Program-made: the position numbers and the translations under genes
Shown: in pieces, positions 17,996 through 27,973 of the stretch
Layout: every line of letters begins with the position of its first letter
How positions within the stretch are numbered: position 1 is the stretch's first letter
Notes under the pieces: generated by a model
What the model was told of the DNA's origin: nothing
Seen by the model: only the letters and a program-made list of their open reading frames with translations
Database searches by the model: none
From: Methanobacteriota archaeon
GTDB lineage: Archaea; Thermoplasmatota; Thermoplasmata; SG8-5; JAGLSY01
Direction: 5' to 3'
Assembly: GCA_020696385.1 (NCBI GenBank)
Contig: JAEHCQ010000002.1
Location: 128,001 to 192,000, forward strand
Length of the DNA stretch: 64,000 nucleotides

Positions 17996-18706
17996 TTACA
18001 TCTCCGTATCGAATATAGGACCCAGCACGACAATACCGCCCTTTCCTATCTCGATCGCATGTTTCTCCATACTGTGATGGCTCGCTCTCATCTTCTCAAC
18101 CTGGAGATATCTGATAAGCTTGCCCCGGTTCCTGTCCAAGCCAAGCATTATGATCCCGTCGACCAGGAAACCTTCATTTCCCAGCAAATTGGATTCCCCG
18201 CCAAGGTTTCTCTCCATTATTGCGAAACAGATAAGGTTATTATCCCTTATCATTTTGAAGAAATAGAACATTTTCTTTCTCATACTGGTAGTGTCCTCCA
18301 TCAGTGAATAAAGAGCACCCAGTGAATCGAGGGCAAATACAGTGAACTTCTCTCCATGTTTTTTCTTGAAATGGACTATCATCTTTTCCAGGAATTTCAG
18401 ATAATCTGTCTCGTCCCCACCTTCGACCACCCTGTCAATCTCACGCAGATCTGTGAAATCACTTATCTGCATATTGGTGGAAAGGTCGAAGCCCAGGCTC
18501 TCCATGTTCCTGACATGGCTCTGTACGGTCTCTTCCAATGTCGTGTATAGACCAAAACCATCCGTATCCTCAAGATATTTGGATATGAGGGTATAGCAGA
18601 AGCTGGTCTTCATGGATCCCGGTGGACCGGTGATCAATACTATTGCTGGTGCCTGTATGTCTGTCCTGAATACTTTATCCAAGCCACTGACTGAATTCTT
18701 GAACAA
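17996..18706 (-). CDS. KaiC-like (RecA/RAD55 superfamily) ATPase 1
   Basis: SGLDK, Walker A GPPGSMKT, TLEE, LDSL, VDGII, KMR; TTG at 18706 with GGGGTGA SD (ORF extends to 18748). Confidence 0.9.
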   Translation of the reverse strand: MFKNSVSGLDKVFRTDIQAPAIVLITGPPGSMKTSFCYTLISKYLEDTDGFGLYTTLEETVQSHVRNMESLGFDLSTNMQISDFTDLREIDRVVEGGDETDYLKFLEKMIVHFKKKHGEKFTVFALDSLGALYSLMEDTTSMRKKMFYFFKMIRDNNLICFAIMERNLGGESNLLGNEGFLVDGIIMLGLDRNRGKLIRYLQVEKMRASHHSMEKHAIEIGKGGIVVLGPIFDTEM

Positions 18707-18867
18707 TTTTTCACCCCTTTTCAAATACAGGAGATAACAATTAGACATTTATATTTACCCATTGTGGTATCGAAGTATGTGTTCGGGTTCTTATTTTATT
18801 TCATATTTATTGTATTTACTGACACAAATGAGGAATAATTAGGCTTTTGATCATGTATGTCCCATGA

Positions 18868-19995
18868 TCATTTGTGCATGAGCTGTGCCAATTCTTTTAT
18901 CGTCATCCAGTCCGCATCCGTGCGAAGGCCTTTTGTATCATAATGGACAGTGGAAGCATTGAATCCTTTTTCCTTTAGAGCCTCGACAAAAAGTTTGGTG
19001 TTCGGGGGATGGACCTTGCATTTACTGGCTATCTCGTCGGTCATGTAAACATAAGGGGGTGAGTGAATCTCCGCCTTCAAATCATGGAGCAATTTGATCG
19101 TATCTGGCGATATGGCCATATTCGATCCTTCGGATTCGGAGATCATATCAGTCAGCAAGTCAGTATCATTGAGGGATCCCAGCCACAATGGACCTCCATG
19201 AACCTCTCCTTTCTCTGGCCTGGATTCTATTTTGTAGCCTTCGTCCTTGGTCCTGATGATGAAACCAAATTGCTTGAGCAGGGCGTCTGCTGGCTTCGCC
19301 CCTCTCTTCATCCTGAAATAAGATCTGAAATAATGACCGGAGAAGTAAGAAAGTATGGGTATCGCGGCTACATCGAAGACGGCCGCTCTCCTGATGGTGT
19401 TTCCTACCAGTATTCTCAGGCCAGTATCGTGCATCGTTCCCGAGTGCAGGGGTCGAGATCCATATCTTCTGATACAGGTGGTTGGATAAGTGCCGCAAAG
19501 TGGAGCTGTGTCTGTCGCGGTTATCGACAATATTCCCTTGCTCTTGACAGCTCTGATCGAACCATCCAAAAAGTCTACTGGCGACCCAAATGGATCTATA
19601 TCCACCCAATTGTATTTCTTTTCAGGGAGCAGGCCATGAAGGCCACGTCTCGATGGGGTTATCCTGTCGCCTCGATCCCAATGTTCCGTGTTCTTATGGA
19701 TGAGATCGAAAGCTTTCGGGCTGTGATCATTGATGACTATGTCACAATCGTGTTTGCCTTCTTCATAAAGTCGCAGACCCTTTGCTCCCGATGCGGCGAG
19801 ACCATCCAATATGTTCCAGCCATCCTCCGCTATCACCCTTTCGAAAAGAACTGAAACATCCCGATTGTCCCTCATGGCGGGATTGTAGAACACAGGCTCG
19901 GATCTGGCCATAGGGCCATTGAGATGTTTGGTCGAAGGGGTGAACATGGCTGTCGCTCCTTCAATTATCTCAATATAATCATCGGCCTGAGTCAA
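18868..19995 (-). CDS. trm1: tRNA (guanine-26-N2)-dimethyltransferase
   Basis: VFYNP-x-M-x-x-NRD, LAASG, DIDPFGSP, TATD, GPLWLG. Confidence 0.95.
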   Translation of the reverse strand: MTQADDYIEIIEGATAMFTPSTKHLNGPMARSEPVFYNPAMRDNRDVSVLFERVIAEDGWNILDGLAASGAKGLRLYEEGKHDCDIVINDHSPKAFDLIHKNTEHWDRGDRITPSRRGLHGLLPEKKYNWVDIDPFGSPVDFLDGSIRAVKSKGILSITATDTAPLCGTYPTTCIRRYGSRPLHSGTMHDTGLRILVGNTIRRAAVFDVAAIPILSYFSGHYFRSYFRMKRGAKPADALLKQFGFIIRTKDEGYKIESRPEKGEVHGGPLWLGSLNDTDLLTDMISESEGSNMAISPDTIKLLHDLKAEIHSPPYVYMTDEIASKCKVHPPNTKLFVEALKEKGFNASTVHYDTKGLRTDADWMTIKELAQLMHK

Positions 19996-20008
19996 GTCGA
20001 GCCCCCGT

Positions 20009-20602
20009 TCAGAGAAGCTCTCCTTTGATGAGCTTCATTATCTTGTATGGGAGAAGATTTCGATTGACTGGAGTGACTTCCAGTATCCGAACATCGTCCC
20101 TGCGTCGGATATCCTGTAAAAGAGGATTCCTGGATTTCTTGTGGAGTGTTAATAACATCATCTTATCAGAATCAAGAGCATCTTCGACAGCCTTTACAAA
20201 ACCCGGGCTCTCGACCTCCATCTTACCGACCTCGTCGATGATGATCATATCCGCATCCTTGATCGCAGCATTGATCGCCTTCACACCCAGGGATTCCAGG
20301 GCTTTCTGATCAACCCCATAGGGTCCGACAGATAGAGTGGATTCTATATTGATGTGAGCGAATTTTTTCTTCTTGCCAGACATCCAATCTTTGATGTAAA
20401 AACCTACTCTTTTATTCCTGAAAACAATTGGTTCGGTCACCATTCCGCCAACAATAATGTCCTCGGCTTCGACCATCTCGATTATTTTCAAAAGTGTTTG
20501 TGTCTTCCCCGAACTGGGTAGACCCGTAATGCCTATTTTTACTACCTCGGATGCTTTCACATCCTCTTGCCCACTATCATCTGTACCCATAGGGATATCC
20601 AC
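20009..20602 (-). CDS. Nucleoside triphosphatase (NTPase_1/THEP1 family)
   Basis: ITGLPSSGKT, R-x-GF, IIDEVGKME, NRN. Confidence 0.9.
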   Translation of the reverse strand: MDIPMGTDDSGQEDVKASEVVKIGITGLPSSGKTQTLLKIIEMVEAEDIIVGGMVTEPIVFRNKRVGFYIKDWMSGKKKKFAHINIESTLSVGPYGVDQKALESLGVKAINAAIKDADMIIIDEVGKMEVESPGFVKAVEDALDSDKMMLLTLHKKSRNPLLQDIRRRDDVRILEVTPVNRNLLPYKIMKLIKGELL

Positions 20603-20706
20603 CGTACTACTACTATAGCCACAGGATATGGTTTCATCCTTTATAATATATCGTGTTCTATAATAATGGTAAATAATAGTTCTGGAGCATGATGAAAAAT
20701 AAGGTA

Positions 20707-22170
20707 TTATTCATCCCTGGCTCGGAGGATCATTTCTCCGACCATCTTGTCAGCGAGTTGAAGGAACTCGTCCTCCTTACCGGCCTCGATGGTCGCACCG
20801 GCTGCGACATTATGCCCACCGCCTATGCCTCCGATCTCCTCGGTTATCTTGCTCATCAACTCGGAAAGGTCAATACCCATGCCAGCTAACTCGTCGGTCG
20901 ATCTACCAGATACCTTGACCCCATCCTCCGCATCCGAGAAAGCGAATATCGGCATGTGCTTGGGTATTTTACCAGACCCGAGCACCATGCCGGCGACTAT
21001 CCCGATCACACTATCCAGTATCCTGTCTCCAGCTTTCACATACTGGATATTATCCATTGTCTCGATGCCCAGCTCTTCTATCACCTTCATGGACTGCACC
21101 AGATACTTTTTATGGCCGCCCTGAAGATCAAATGCTTGATTCAAATATGTCGCTCTGTCACCCTTGCAGACCTCGAAAGCGATCTCCGCCTTCCCATACC
21201 TTCCGCATGAATTTAGAACTGTGGAGAATTCCTTGGCCTCATGAAGTGATGTGCCTGGCTTCTCATTGACAAATAGATAAATCTCAGATAATAATTCCTC
21301 TCGCGAGGCGAAATTGCTCAGTGCGGAAAGAAGACGACGTTGTTCCATCCTATCCAGATCGGACCACGATCTCCATTTTTCCCCGGTCTTGAGATCGATA
21401 TCCAGACTCATTAGGAAATTCATGCACGCTCTGTAGTTCCCACTCAGGCCTATGAGCTCGGGATCTGAGCAATACTGGATGAGCTTGTAAAGAGGGCGCG
21501 TTTCCCTTCCATAAAGCCCGAGATCCACAATTGCCTCCATTGCTCCGGACTCGATAGCATCCTCCAGTATCTCGCGATTGGTTCCTGTTAATTTCCCTTC
21601 ATTGCGATCCTGAAGATCCCCCACAGCTCCCACGATCGCGATACTGGCCAGCCACTTCAATTCTGGAGCGAGCTCCCTTGCCACGAGATAGGCTGTTCCG
21701 GATCCACTGATGTCCGTGGAACCGTCCCGCCCCACAAGGTGCGGATTCACTTGCAAGATATTGGATGGAATAGAAGTGTTCTTACTGGATGCCTCGGAAA
21801 AATCAAATAGAGTTTTGGGAGAAGATGAGGCTGATGTTCCCACATCTTCCTTCTCCTCAGCTGGCTCGGCCTTCACTTCTGATGGCACATGGTGATCGCA
21901 AATAACGGCATTGAGGTTACCCAGCATGTGGATATAGCCACTACCAAGATCCGTGAACCATATCAATTCATGATTCCCATCCTCGAGATCGGCTATGAGT
22001 TTCTCATCCAGCTTCTTGACAAAGCGTGTTTCGTTCTTGATCCCGATGTGATCAAGAACGAAAGAAGCGATGCTGCCCGATGATATGCCATCAGCATCAA
22101 TATGGCTGATAATCAGTACACTGGATGCATCCCTTAGCCGTTCGGCGACCTTCTTCGCAGCTTCCTTCAC
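20707..22170 (-). CDS. recJ: RecJ-like DHH/DHHA1 phosphoesterase
   Basis: HIDADG, DLGSG, DHH, NP, GAVGD, GGGH-x-x-AAG. Confidence 0.85.
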   Translation of the reverse strand: MKEAAKKVAERLRDASSVLIISHIDADGISSGSIASFVLDHIGIKNETRFVKKLDEKLIADLEDGNHELIWFTDLGSGYIHMLGNLNAVICDHHVPSEVKAEPAEEKEDVGTSASSSPKTLFDFSEASSKNTSIPSNILQVNPHLVGRDGSTDISGSGTAYLVARELAPELKWLASIAIVGAVGDLQDRNEGKLTGTNREILEDAIESGAMEAIVDLGLYGRETRPLYKLIQYCSDPELIGLSGNYRACMNFLMSLDIDLKTGEKWRSWSDLDRMEQRRLLSALSNFASREELLSEIYLFVNEKPGTSLHEAKEFSTVLNSCGRYGKAEIAFEVCKGDRATYLNQAFDLQGGHKKYLVQSMKVIEELGIETMDNIQYVKAGDRILDSVIGIVAGMVLGSGKIPKHMPIFAFSDAEDGVKVSGRSTDELAGMGIDLSELMSKITEEIGGIGGGHNVAAGATIEAGKEDEFLQLADKMVGEMILRARDE

Positions 22171-22243
22171 GTCATGGTGTATGGACTTCCAGTAATAAGT
22201 AATTGCGCTGGGGTGGGTGAAAGTATACGGATCCTGACTTGTT

Positions 22244-22930
22244 TCAGGTAATGAGATCCAGTTCTATTCGTCCATCCTCGACCATGATGATGCGGTCCGT
22301 TCGCTCCGCGATCTTCCTGTCATGGGTAACGATCAGTAAAGTGGTGCCATATTCCTCATTTATCTGTCGCAGAAGCCGATAAACACTGTCGGTCGTGTCT
22401 GTATCGAGATTACCTGTTGGCTCATCCGCCAGTATCAATTTAGGATTGTTTATCAAGGCACGGGCAATTGCCGCCCTCTGTTGTTGACCACCTGACATTT
22501 CTGTTGAGAGATTGTTCTTCACTGCCTCCAAACCCACAAGTCCCAGCAATTCATCCACCCTGTTCTCGATCTCCGGAGTGGTCTTTCCATGTTGGATCAG
22601 ATACGGCATTAGCACATTCTCACGAGCGGTGAACTCCGGCAATAGATGATGAAATTGGAAGATGAAACCAATGCTCTGATTTCTAAGACTGGCCAGCTGA
22701 TCCTTGGTCATCGTGTCCGTTCTCTGACCGGCTATCTCCACAGTGCCTTTCGTAGCCTTATCCAGCGTGCCTATGATATTAAGAAGGGTGGATTTGCCAC
22801 TACCAGATTGGCCGACCAGTGAATTGAAGCTACCTTCCTCCACCTTCAGATCTATATCGAAAAGAACCTGGGTCTCGACAGCTCCCGAGTATATCTTGCT
22901 AACTTTTTCCATATTTATCATATCAGCCAT
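22244..22930 (-). CDS. ABC transporter ATP-binding protein (LolD/MacB-type)
   Basis: GQSGSGKS, FIFQ, MSGGQQQR, DEPTGNLD. Confidence 0.95.
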   Translation of the reverse strand: MADMINMEKVSKIYSGAVETQVLFDIDLKVEEGSFNSLVGQSGSGKSTLLNIIGTLDKATKGTVEIAGQRTDTMTKDQLASLRNQSIGFIFQFHHLLPEFTARENVLMPYLIQHGKTTPEIENRVDELLGLVGLEAVKNNLSTEMSGGQQQRAAIARALINNPKLILADEPTGNLDTDTTDSVYRLLRQINEEYGTTLLIVTHDRKIAERTDRIIMVEDGRIELDLIT

Positions 22931-24077
22931 TGCGTATCACCTCGATAGGGTCAAGTTTTCTGGATTTGATAGCTGGCAACAGGGAAGCCACCGCCGATGC
23001 GATGACCGCGATGAGGCCAGACATTATCAGGAAAGAAACATCAAAGGAAGATGATATTATCGAATCACCACCACTGGATATGGCCTGGATGAAACCATAA
23101 AAGAGAACTCCACCAAGCGCGACACCCACTATGGCCCCTCCAATTCCCAGAAGTAAACCCTGATATAGGAAAATAAGACTTGACTGGCTATCCTTGATGC
23201 CCATGGCCTTGAGTATGCCTATCTGCCGGGATTTCTGGACCACAGTTATCGAAAGTATACTGGCTATGCCGATGACCACCGATAGCAGAACAAAGGTCTG
23301 GATCATGTAACTGGAGGCTCCCTGTGATGCCAGTGCGCTGAAGAAATCTGGATTGTCATCCTTCCAGTTATTTATTTTCACAGGAGTGGCACCTAAAGCG
23401 CTCCTGACATCCTCGGCTGTCGCGTCTGCTGTGAATATGTCCGTTGTCTGGGTCTCTATAGATGTGATATTATCTCCAAGGCCATAGATCGTTTGGGCCG
23501 AGGCAATGTTCACAATGACCCATCTCTCATTGACAATCGCCGATCCCAGATCGTAAATGCCAGACACCCATAATGTGAAAGTATTCTGGGATGGGGTTAT
23601 GATGCCAATATCATCCCCTACAGAAAGTCCCAGACCTTCAGCCAGCTCCTTTCCAACAAGGACCTGGGAATCATTTGTCGGAACTGTTCCTTCATAGGTA
23701 TTCTCGGACAGCTCATATATGTCATCCGCAAGCTCCATGTCCAGGCCTCGCACTTGCACAGATCTCGATTGATCAGATATCACGATAAGAGCGGGGGAAT
23801 CCACGGCAGGAGATACTGCCGTGATGCCATCGATATCCTGGATACTGGCCACCATGCTTTCCCAATTGTCTATCACGATCTCATCCTCTGCCGGGAATAC
23901 CGTCACATGGGACGCGTTCCCAGTGGTCTCTTCCAGAAATCCTTCCTGTAGATTTGTGAGAAGCTGGCCGACAAATATCTGTACCGCAATTCCGACAGCC
24001 AGACCCATGATTATCAAAAGGGTCTGCATCTTGCTGGACTTGAGAAATCTAAGAGCTATCCTGAAGGAGACCATCAT
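22923..24077 (-). CDS. ABC transporter permease (FtsX/LolC/MacB-like)
   Basis: 1+3 TM topology, large extracellular loop, RQIGILKAMG, DPIEVIR. Confidence 0.9.
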   Translation of the reverse strand: MMVSFRIALRFLKSSKMQTLLIIMGLAVGIAVQIFVGQLLTNLQEGFLEETTGNASHVTVFPAEDEIVIDNWESMVASIQDIDGITAVSPAVDSPALIVISDQSRSVQVRGLDMELADDIYELSENTYEGTVPTNDSQVLVGKELAEGLGLSVGDDIGIITPSQNTFTLWVSGIYDLGSAIVNERWVIVNIASAQTIYGLGDNITSIETQTTDIFTADATAEDVRSALGATPVKINNWKDDNPDFFSALASQGASSYMIQTFVLLSVVIGIASILSITVVQKSRQIGILKAMGIKDSQSSLIFLYQGLLLGIGGAIVGVALGGVLFYGFIQAISSGGDSIISSSFDVSFLIMSGLIAVIASAVASLLPAIKSRKLDPIEVIRNG

Positions 24078-24718
24078 TCCACCGCCAACTTGGATATCTC
24101 CTCGATGGTCTGCATCTCCATATCCGCTCCTATCTCTCTGAATAAATTTGGCTTGTCTAAAAACGCCTGGCCCCCGACGATCACTGTGATATCGGGATAA
24201 GACTTTTTTATCAAAGATATAACTTTCTGGGTAGCCATCAAATTGTAGGAATTTGTAACGCTCATTGCCACGTATTTGGGCTTCTCCACCTCGATGGCGG
24301 ATATGATCGAGGTGAGTGGGGTATTGGCTCCGATTAATGTGACCTCGAAACCACTGAGCGTGAAATAATCAGCGACCATCCTGGCACCGATCTCATGAAG
24401 CTCCCCCGTGGGGCAAACGACCATCGCTCTTGGACCTTTAAGAACTCCGAACTTCCGCTTGCTGGCTCCAGCCACCCGAAGATAGCAGGATTCGATCACT
24501 GTCCGAATGATCGAGCTGCGGACATGCTCTTTCCATATGCATTCGGCCTCTGGCACATCACAGAACATCTCACAAAGGGCAGGTTTGAGTATATTCTGAT
24601 ACAATTCCACTATACCTGGAACCTTACCAGAATCAAGCCAGTCATTGACAAGCTCTATACATCCGGCCTTGTCGTTCTTCTCTATGAGTCCGATGAATTC
24701 TCTCTTTAGCTCCTCCAT
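24074..24718 (-). CDS. Stand-alone cobalamin-binding domain protein
   Basis: Helical cap with EH, ELHEIGARMV, G-x-NTP, SVT, VGGQ. Confidence 0.85.
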   Translation of the reverse strand: MEELKREFIGLIEKNDKAGCIELVNDWLDSGKVPGIVELYQNILKPALCEMFCDVPEAECIWKEHVRSSIIRTVIESCYLRVAGASKRKFGVLKGPRAMVVCPTGELHEIGARMVADYFTLSGFEVTLIGANTPLTSIISAIEVEKPKYVAMSVTNSYNLMATQKVISLIKKSYPDITVIVGGQAFLDKPNLFREIGADMEMQTIEEISKLAVE

Positions 24719-24779
24719 GAGGCTGAATCGGATAGGTTACTGATAAATCTTCTTCCTTAATTTTCTGTGAATGAAAGGG

Positions 24780-25280
24780 TTATCTCCCAGGAGCCTTGCC
24801 CTTCCTGGACTTCACTGGCCTTTTAGGGTTATTGTGATCCCGAGTGGAATTGTACTTATTCGGCTTCTGGCCCTGCTTCTGGCCATGTTTCTTATCCTGC
24901 TTGGAGCCCGGCCTGATCTCGTATGATCTGCAGATAGCCTTGTTCCCACTGTCAATGCCTTTTTTATTGCAAAATCCTTCTATCCAGTATGTGCAGTTGG
25001 AGCAATTGTACGCGCTTTCTTCCAATTTCCTTTCTACAGTGGTGAAGGCAATGGACACCATGCCGGACCCCACACTGTATCGGAAGGACTGATAGGGGAT
25101 GTTCTTCCACTTGCAGTAGATGGTGGAAGCTGATGGAGGATCGTATTTGTCATAATATCCCTTGTCCGGGTCCTCGCCACCCCTGGCTGCCAATAGGGAT
25201 GTCATGGATCTACAATCGGGGCAGAAAATTGCCTGGCCAGTCTCGACCATCGATCTACATTTTGGACAATATCGCTTCAT
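24780..25280 (-). CDS. Hypothetical Cys-rich (zinc ribbon) protein with basic tail
   Basis: CPKC...CPDC and CSNC...C...C motifs. Confidence 0.6.
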   Translation of the reverse strand: MKRYCPKCRSMVETGQAIFCPDCRSMTSLLAARGGEDPDKGYYDKYDPPSASTIYCKWKNIPYQSFRYSVGSGMVSIAFTTVERKLEESAYNCSNCTYWIEGFCNKKGIDSGNKAICRSYEIRPGSKQDKKHGQKQGQKPNKYNSTRDHNNPKRPVKSRKGKAPGR

Positions 25281-25419
25281 CGTGTCACTTCTATACCTTC
25301 TATGATGTTATAGGATTTAATCATTATCCGGCCAAAGGAGTTCTCGCACCATATATTGGAAATGGGAAAAGGATTATAGAACAAAGCGCGGTTGTGTTAT
25401 TAAAGATGGAGAGAGATCG

Positions 25420-25923
25420 ATGAAAATATGCCTAGCTTATGCGTCAAGGACCGGGAATTCGGAGCTTATCGCCAATCAATTGATATCGAGACTGAAAAAA
25501 AGTGGAAATTCGATAGATGTCATTAAGATCGAGCCTGAAACAATGCCAAGGTTCTTTGGAGCCGGAGCCAAGAGCATGAAGCAAGAGGAAATGAAGCTGA
25601 AGAACACGGAGACTGATATTGGCCAATACGACCTGTTCATCATCGGGGGGCCAGTATGGGCCGGCAGGCCATCGCCTTTGTTCGCGTCCTTCTTGGAATT
25701 ATTAAAAAATACGGAAGGAAAGAAAACGGCTTATTTCATCACCCAGATCACTCCTATTGGAAAGAATAAAGAAATGCCAGGTGTGATGAAAAACAACCTG
25801 AACAAGAAAGGTTTTGACATGATAGGTGAGCCATTGATCCTGCGAATGAAGAAAGGTGATTTCCTCGAAGGCGAAAAGAATATTGATGATTTTGTGAAAA
25901 CCATTGAGGAACTGGATAATTGA
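25420..25923 (+). CDS. Flavodoxin-like protein
   Basis: YASRTGNSE, YD-x-x-IIGGPVWAG. Confidence 0.85.
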   Translation: MKICLAYASRTGNSELIANQLISRLKKSGNSIDVIKIEPETMPRFFGAGAKSMKQEEMKLKNTETDIGQYDLFIIGGPVWAGRPSPLFASFLELLKNTEGKKTAYFITQITPIGKNKEMPGVMKNNLNKKGFDMIGEPLILRMKKGDFLEGEKNIDDFVKTIEELDN

Positions 25924-26014
25924 ACCTTTGTGTAGAAGGAGAAGTTCTATCGATGCTACATGTAGCCTAATTCTATGAGTCGCGAGTATATACACTTGCA
26001 CGATTTTAGGCATC

Positions 26015-27787
26015 ATGACTCCCATAATGTTGCTAATCGCCATCATGGTCTTCACCCTGATCGGCTGCGGCTTCGGAATATTGACCGGACTGATACCAGG
26101 TATCCATGTGAACAATGTCGCTCACATGGTACTTGTCTCCCAGACCATTATCATATCACTGGCCACCATGCTTTTCGGCTGGGCTAATCCTGAAACAAAA
26201 GACATTATCATCATCATATCCAGCTTGATAATCGGGACCGTCGTCACCCATACTTTTCTGGATTTCATTCCCTCGGTCTTTCTCGGAGCGCCAGATGGTG
26301 ATACCGCGCTTTCCGTCCTGCCAGGCCACAGGATGTTGATGGAAGGTCGTGGGTTCGAGGCCGTCAAATGCTCGGCCACTGGCAGTTTCGGGGCAATGAT
26401 ATTCGCCCTCGTCCTGTTGATCCCCTTGAGGCTTTTCATAGGCGAGCCAGTCAATGCGTATTCCGCGATGGAGCCCTTCATCCATTTCGTCCTGATCTGT
26501 GTGAGTACTTTTCTAATTCTTGGAGAAACAGCCAGCACCAATGAGGAATTCAACCTGAATGACATCGAGATGGATGGTTTCATCATGAGTGGGAGTGTGG
26601 GCGTGGATGATTGCGCCCACACTTCGATGATCAAGCCCGGCATGGGGAAGCTGGACAAGGATGGCGGAGAGATGAACGCCATCCATGGCACTGTGGAGAA
26701 CGTGCTGGTTGGTGATGGGGAAGGGGAAGAACAGAAGACCATCATACTTTCCCGAGGCAGCAAATTCGGGAAGGTGAGGGTCAAACTCCACAAGTGGAAT
26801 CATCGAGTTCCCGAGGTGGGCCAGGAGGTTGTGGCCATCGGGGATACAGTGTCGAAGGTGACGTGGAAGGACCACATGCTGAAAAGGAGCATGGCGATGG
26901 GCGTGTTCCTGCTGTCCGGTGTCTTGGGAATGATATTGCTGGCCCCCAGTGGTCTGGTCGGGGAGAATGTCTATTTGATAAAATTCGCTTCTTCGGACAC
27001 TGGCATCATCTTATTGTTCCCCATGTTCACCGGGCTTTTCGGACTTTCCACCATGTTGCTCAGCCTGAAGGACAAGCCAGTCATTCCAGAGCAGAATACT
27101 GAGGAAGTGAAGATAAATGTCACCCCCAGGAGGCAGTTGAAAGCAATAATTTCCGGAAGCCTGGCTAGTGTTTCTTCGCTATTCCCGGGGATATCCAGTG
27201 CGATCGCCACCATGATCGCTGTCAATATGCATGGGAACAAGGACAGCGAAGGTACGAAGGGTGGCAAAGGGCAGAAGGGGAAGAAAAATCGCAAAGGCAA
27301 AAAAGGCGAAAATATGCAAAATGATGAGGCCAGTGAGTTCATCATTTCGGTTTCGTCGGTCAATACATCCGTGGGGATAATCAACCTGCTGGCCTTGTTC
27401 ATAATCATGAAATCCAGGAGCGGGGCGATGAAAGCGGTTGAAGCGATCATGGGCGACCAGGTGACCGCATGGGCACCGATCTCCAATATCCCGCTGGAGC
27501 TGGCTTCACTTTTAGTCGCAGCAATAATCGCGTCAATTGTCGCTCTCTGGCTAACAATGAAGTTTGGAAAGTTATTCGCCAAACATTTCTCCAAGATCGA
27601 TTATGAAAAACTTGTCTGGGTGGTCATCATTTTCCTGATCGTCATGATCGGCGTCTTCTCTGGAGTTCTTGGTCTAGTGATACTGGGCATAACCACCTTC
27701 ATGGGACTAATTCCGCCATTAGTAGGCGTAAAAAGGGTTCATCTGATGGGGAGCCTGGTGTTGCCAGTCATCATGTATTTCATGTGA
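26015..27787 (+). CDS. TctA/DUF112-family tripartite tricarboxylate transporter permease with soluble inserts
   Basis: GLIPGIHVN, HTFLDFIPS-x-FLGAP, LPGH, P-x-FTGLFG, GVKRVHLMG. Confidence 0.85.
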   Translation: MTPIMLLIAIMVFTLIGCGFGILTGLIPGIHVNNVAHMVLVSQTIIISLATMLFGWANPETKDIIIIISSLIIGTVVTHTFLDFIPSVFLGAPDGDTALSVLPGHRMLMEGRGFEAVKCSATGSFGAMIFALVLLIPLRLFIGEPVNAYSAMEPFIHFVLICVSTFLILGETASTNEEFNLNDIEMDGFIMSGSVGVDDCAHTSMIKPGMGKLDKDGGEMNAIHGTVENVLVGDGEGEEQKTIILSRGSKFGKVRVKLHKWNHRVPEVGQEVVAIGDTVSKVTWKDHMLKRSMAMGVFLLSGVLGMILLAPSGLVGENVYLIKFASSDTGIILLFPMFTGLFGLSTMLLSLKDKPVIPEQNTEEVKINVTPRRQLKAIISGSLASVSSLFPGISSAIATMIAVNMHGNKDSEGTKGGKGQKGKKNRKGKKGENMQNDEASEFIISVSSVNTSVGIINLLALFIIMKSRSGAMKAVEAIMGDQVTAWAPISNIPLELASLLVAAIIASIVALWLTMKFGKLFAKHFSKIDYEKLVWVVIIFLIVMIGVFSGVLGLVILGITTFMGLIPPLVGVKRVHLMGSLVLPVIMYFM

Positions 27788-27802
27788 GATATGCATACAG
27801 TT

Positions 27803-27973
27803 TCATGATGATCTCTTATTTTTCTTAATTATGAGACGATTTCTTCTATCAAGACCCAAAGTGATAGAATCGCTCTTGTTCATATCCCCCAATATCTTAA
27901 TGGGTTTAGGAATTACAATGTATAATGAGCCATCACTTTTTTTTCTAATTGTTGATTGTAACTCTATTCTCAT
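27803..27973 (-). CDS. AbrB/MazE/SpoVT-type small DNA-binding protein
   Basis: IRKKSDGSLYIVIPK...I-x-L...LII; GGAGG SD before ATG at 27973. Confidence 0.7.
   Translation of the reverse strand: MRIELQSTIRKKSDGSLYIVIPKPIKILGDMNKSDSITLGLDRRNRLIIKKNKRSS

Noticed and set aside
19063-19854. 263-aa antisense ORF (and similar long shadow ORFs, e.g. 59448-60254, 26122-26793)
   Set aside because: Antisense shadows of well-supported genes (trm1, dnaK, tctA-like).
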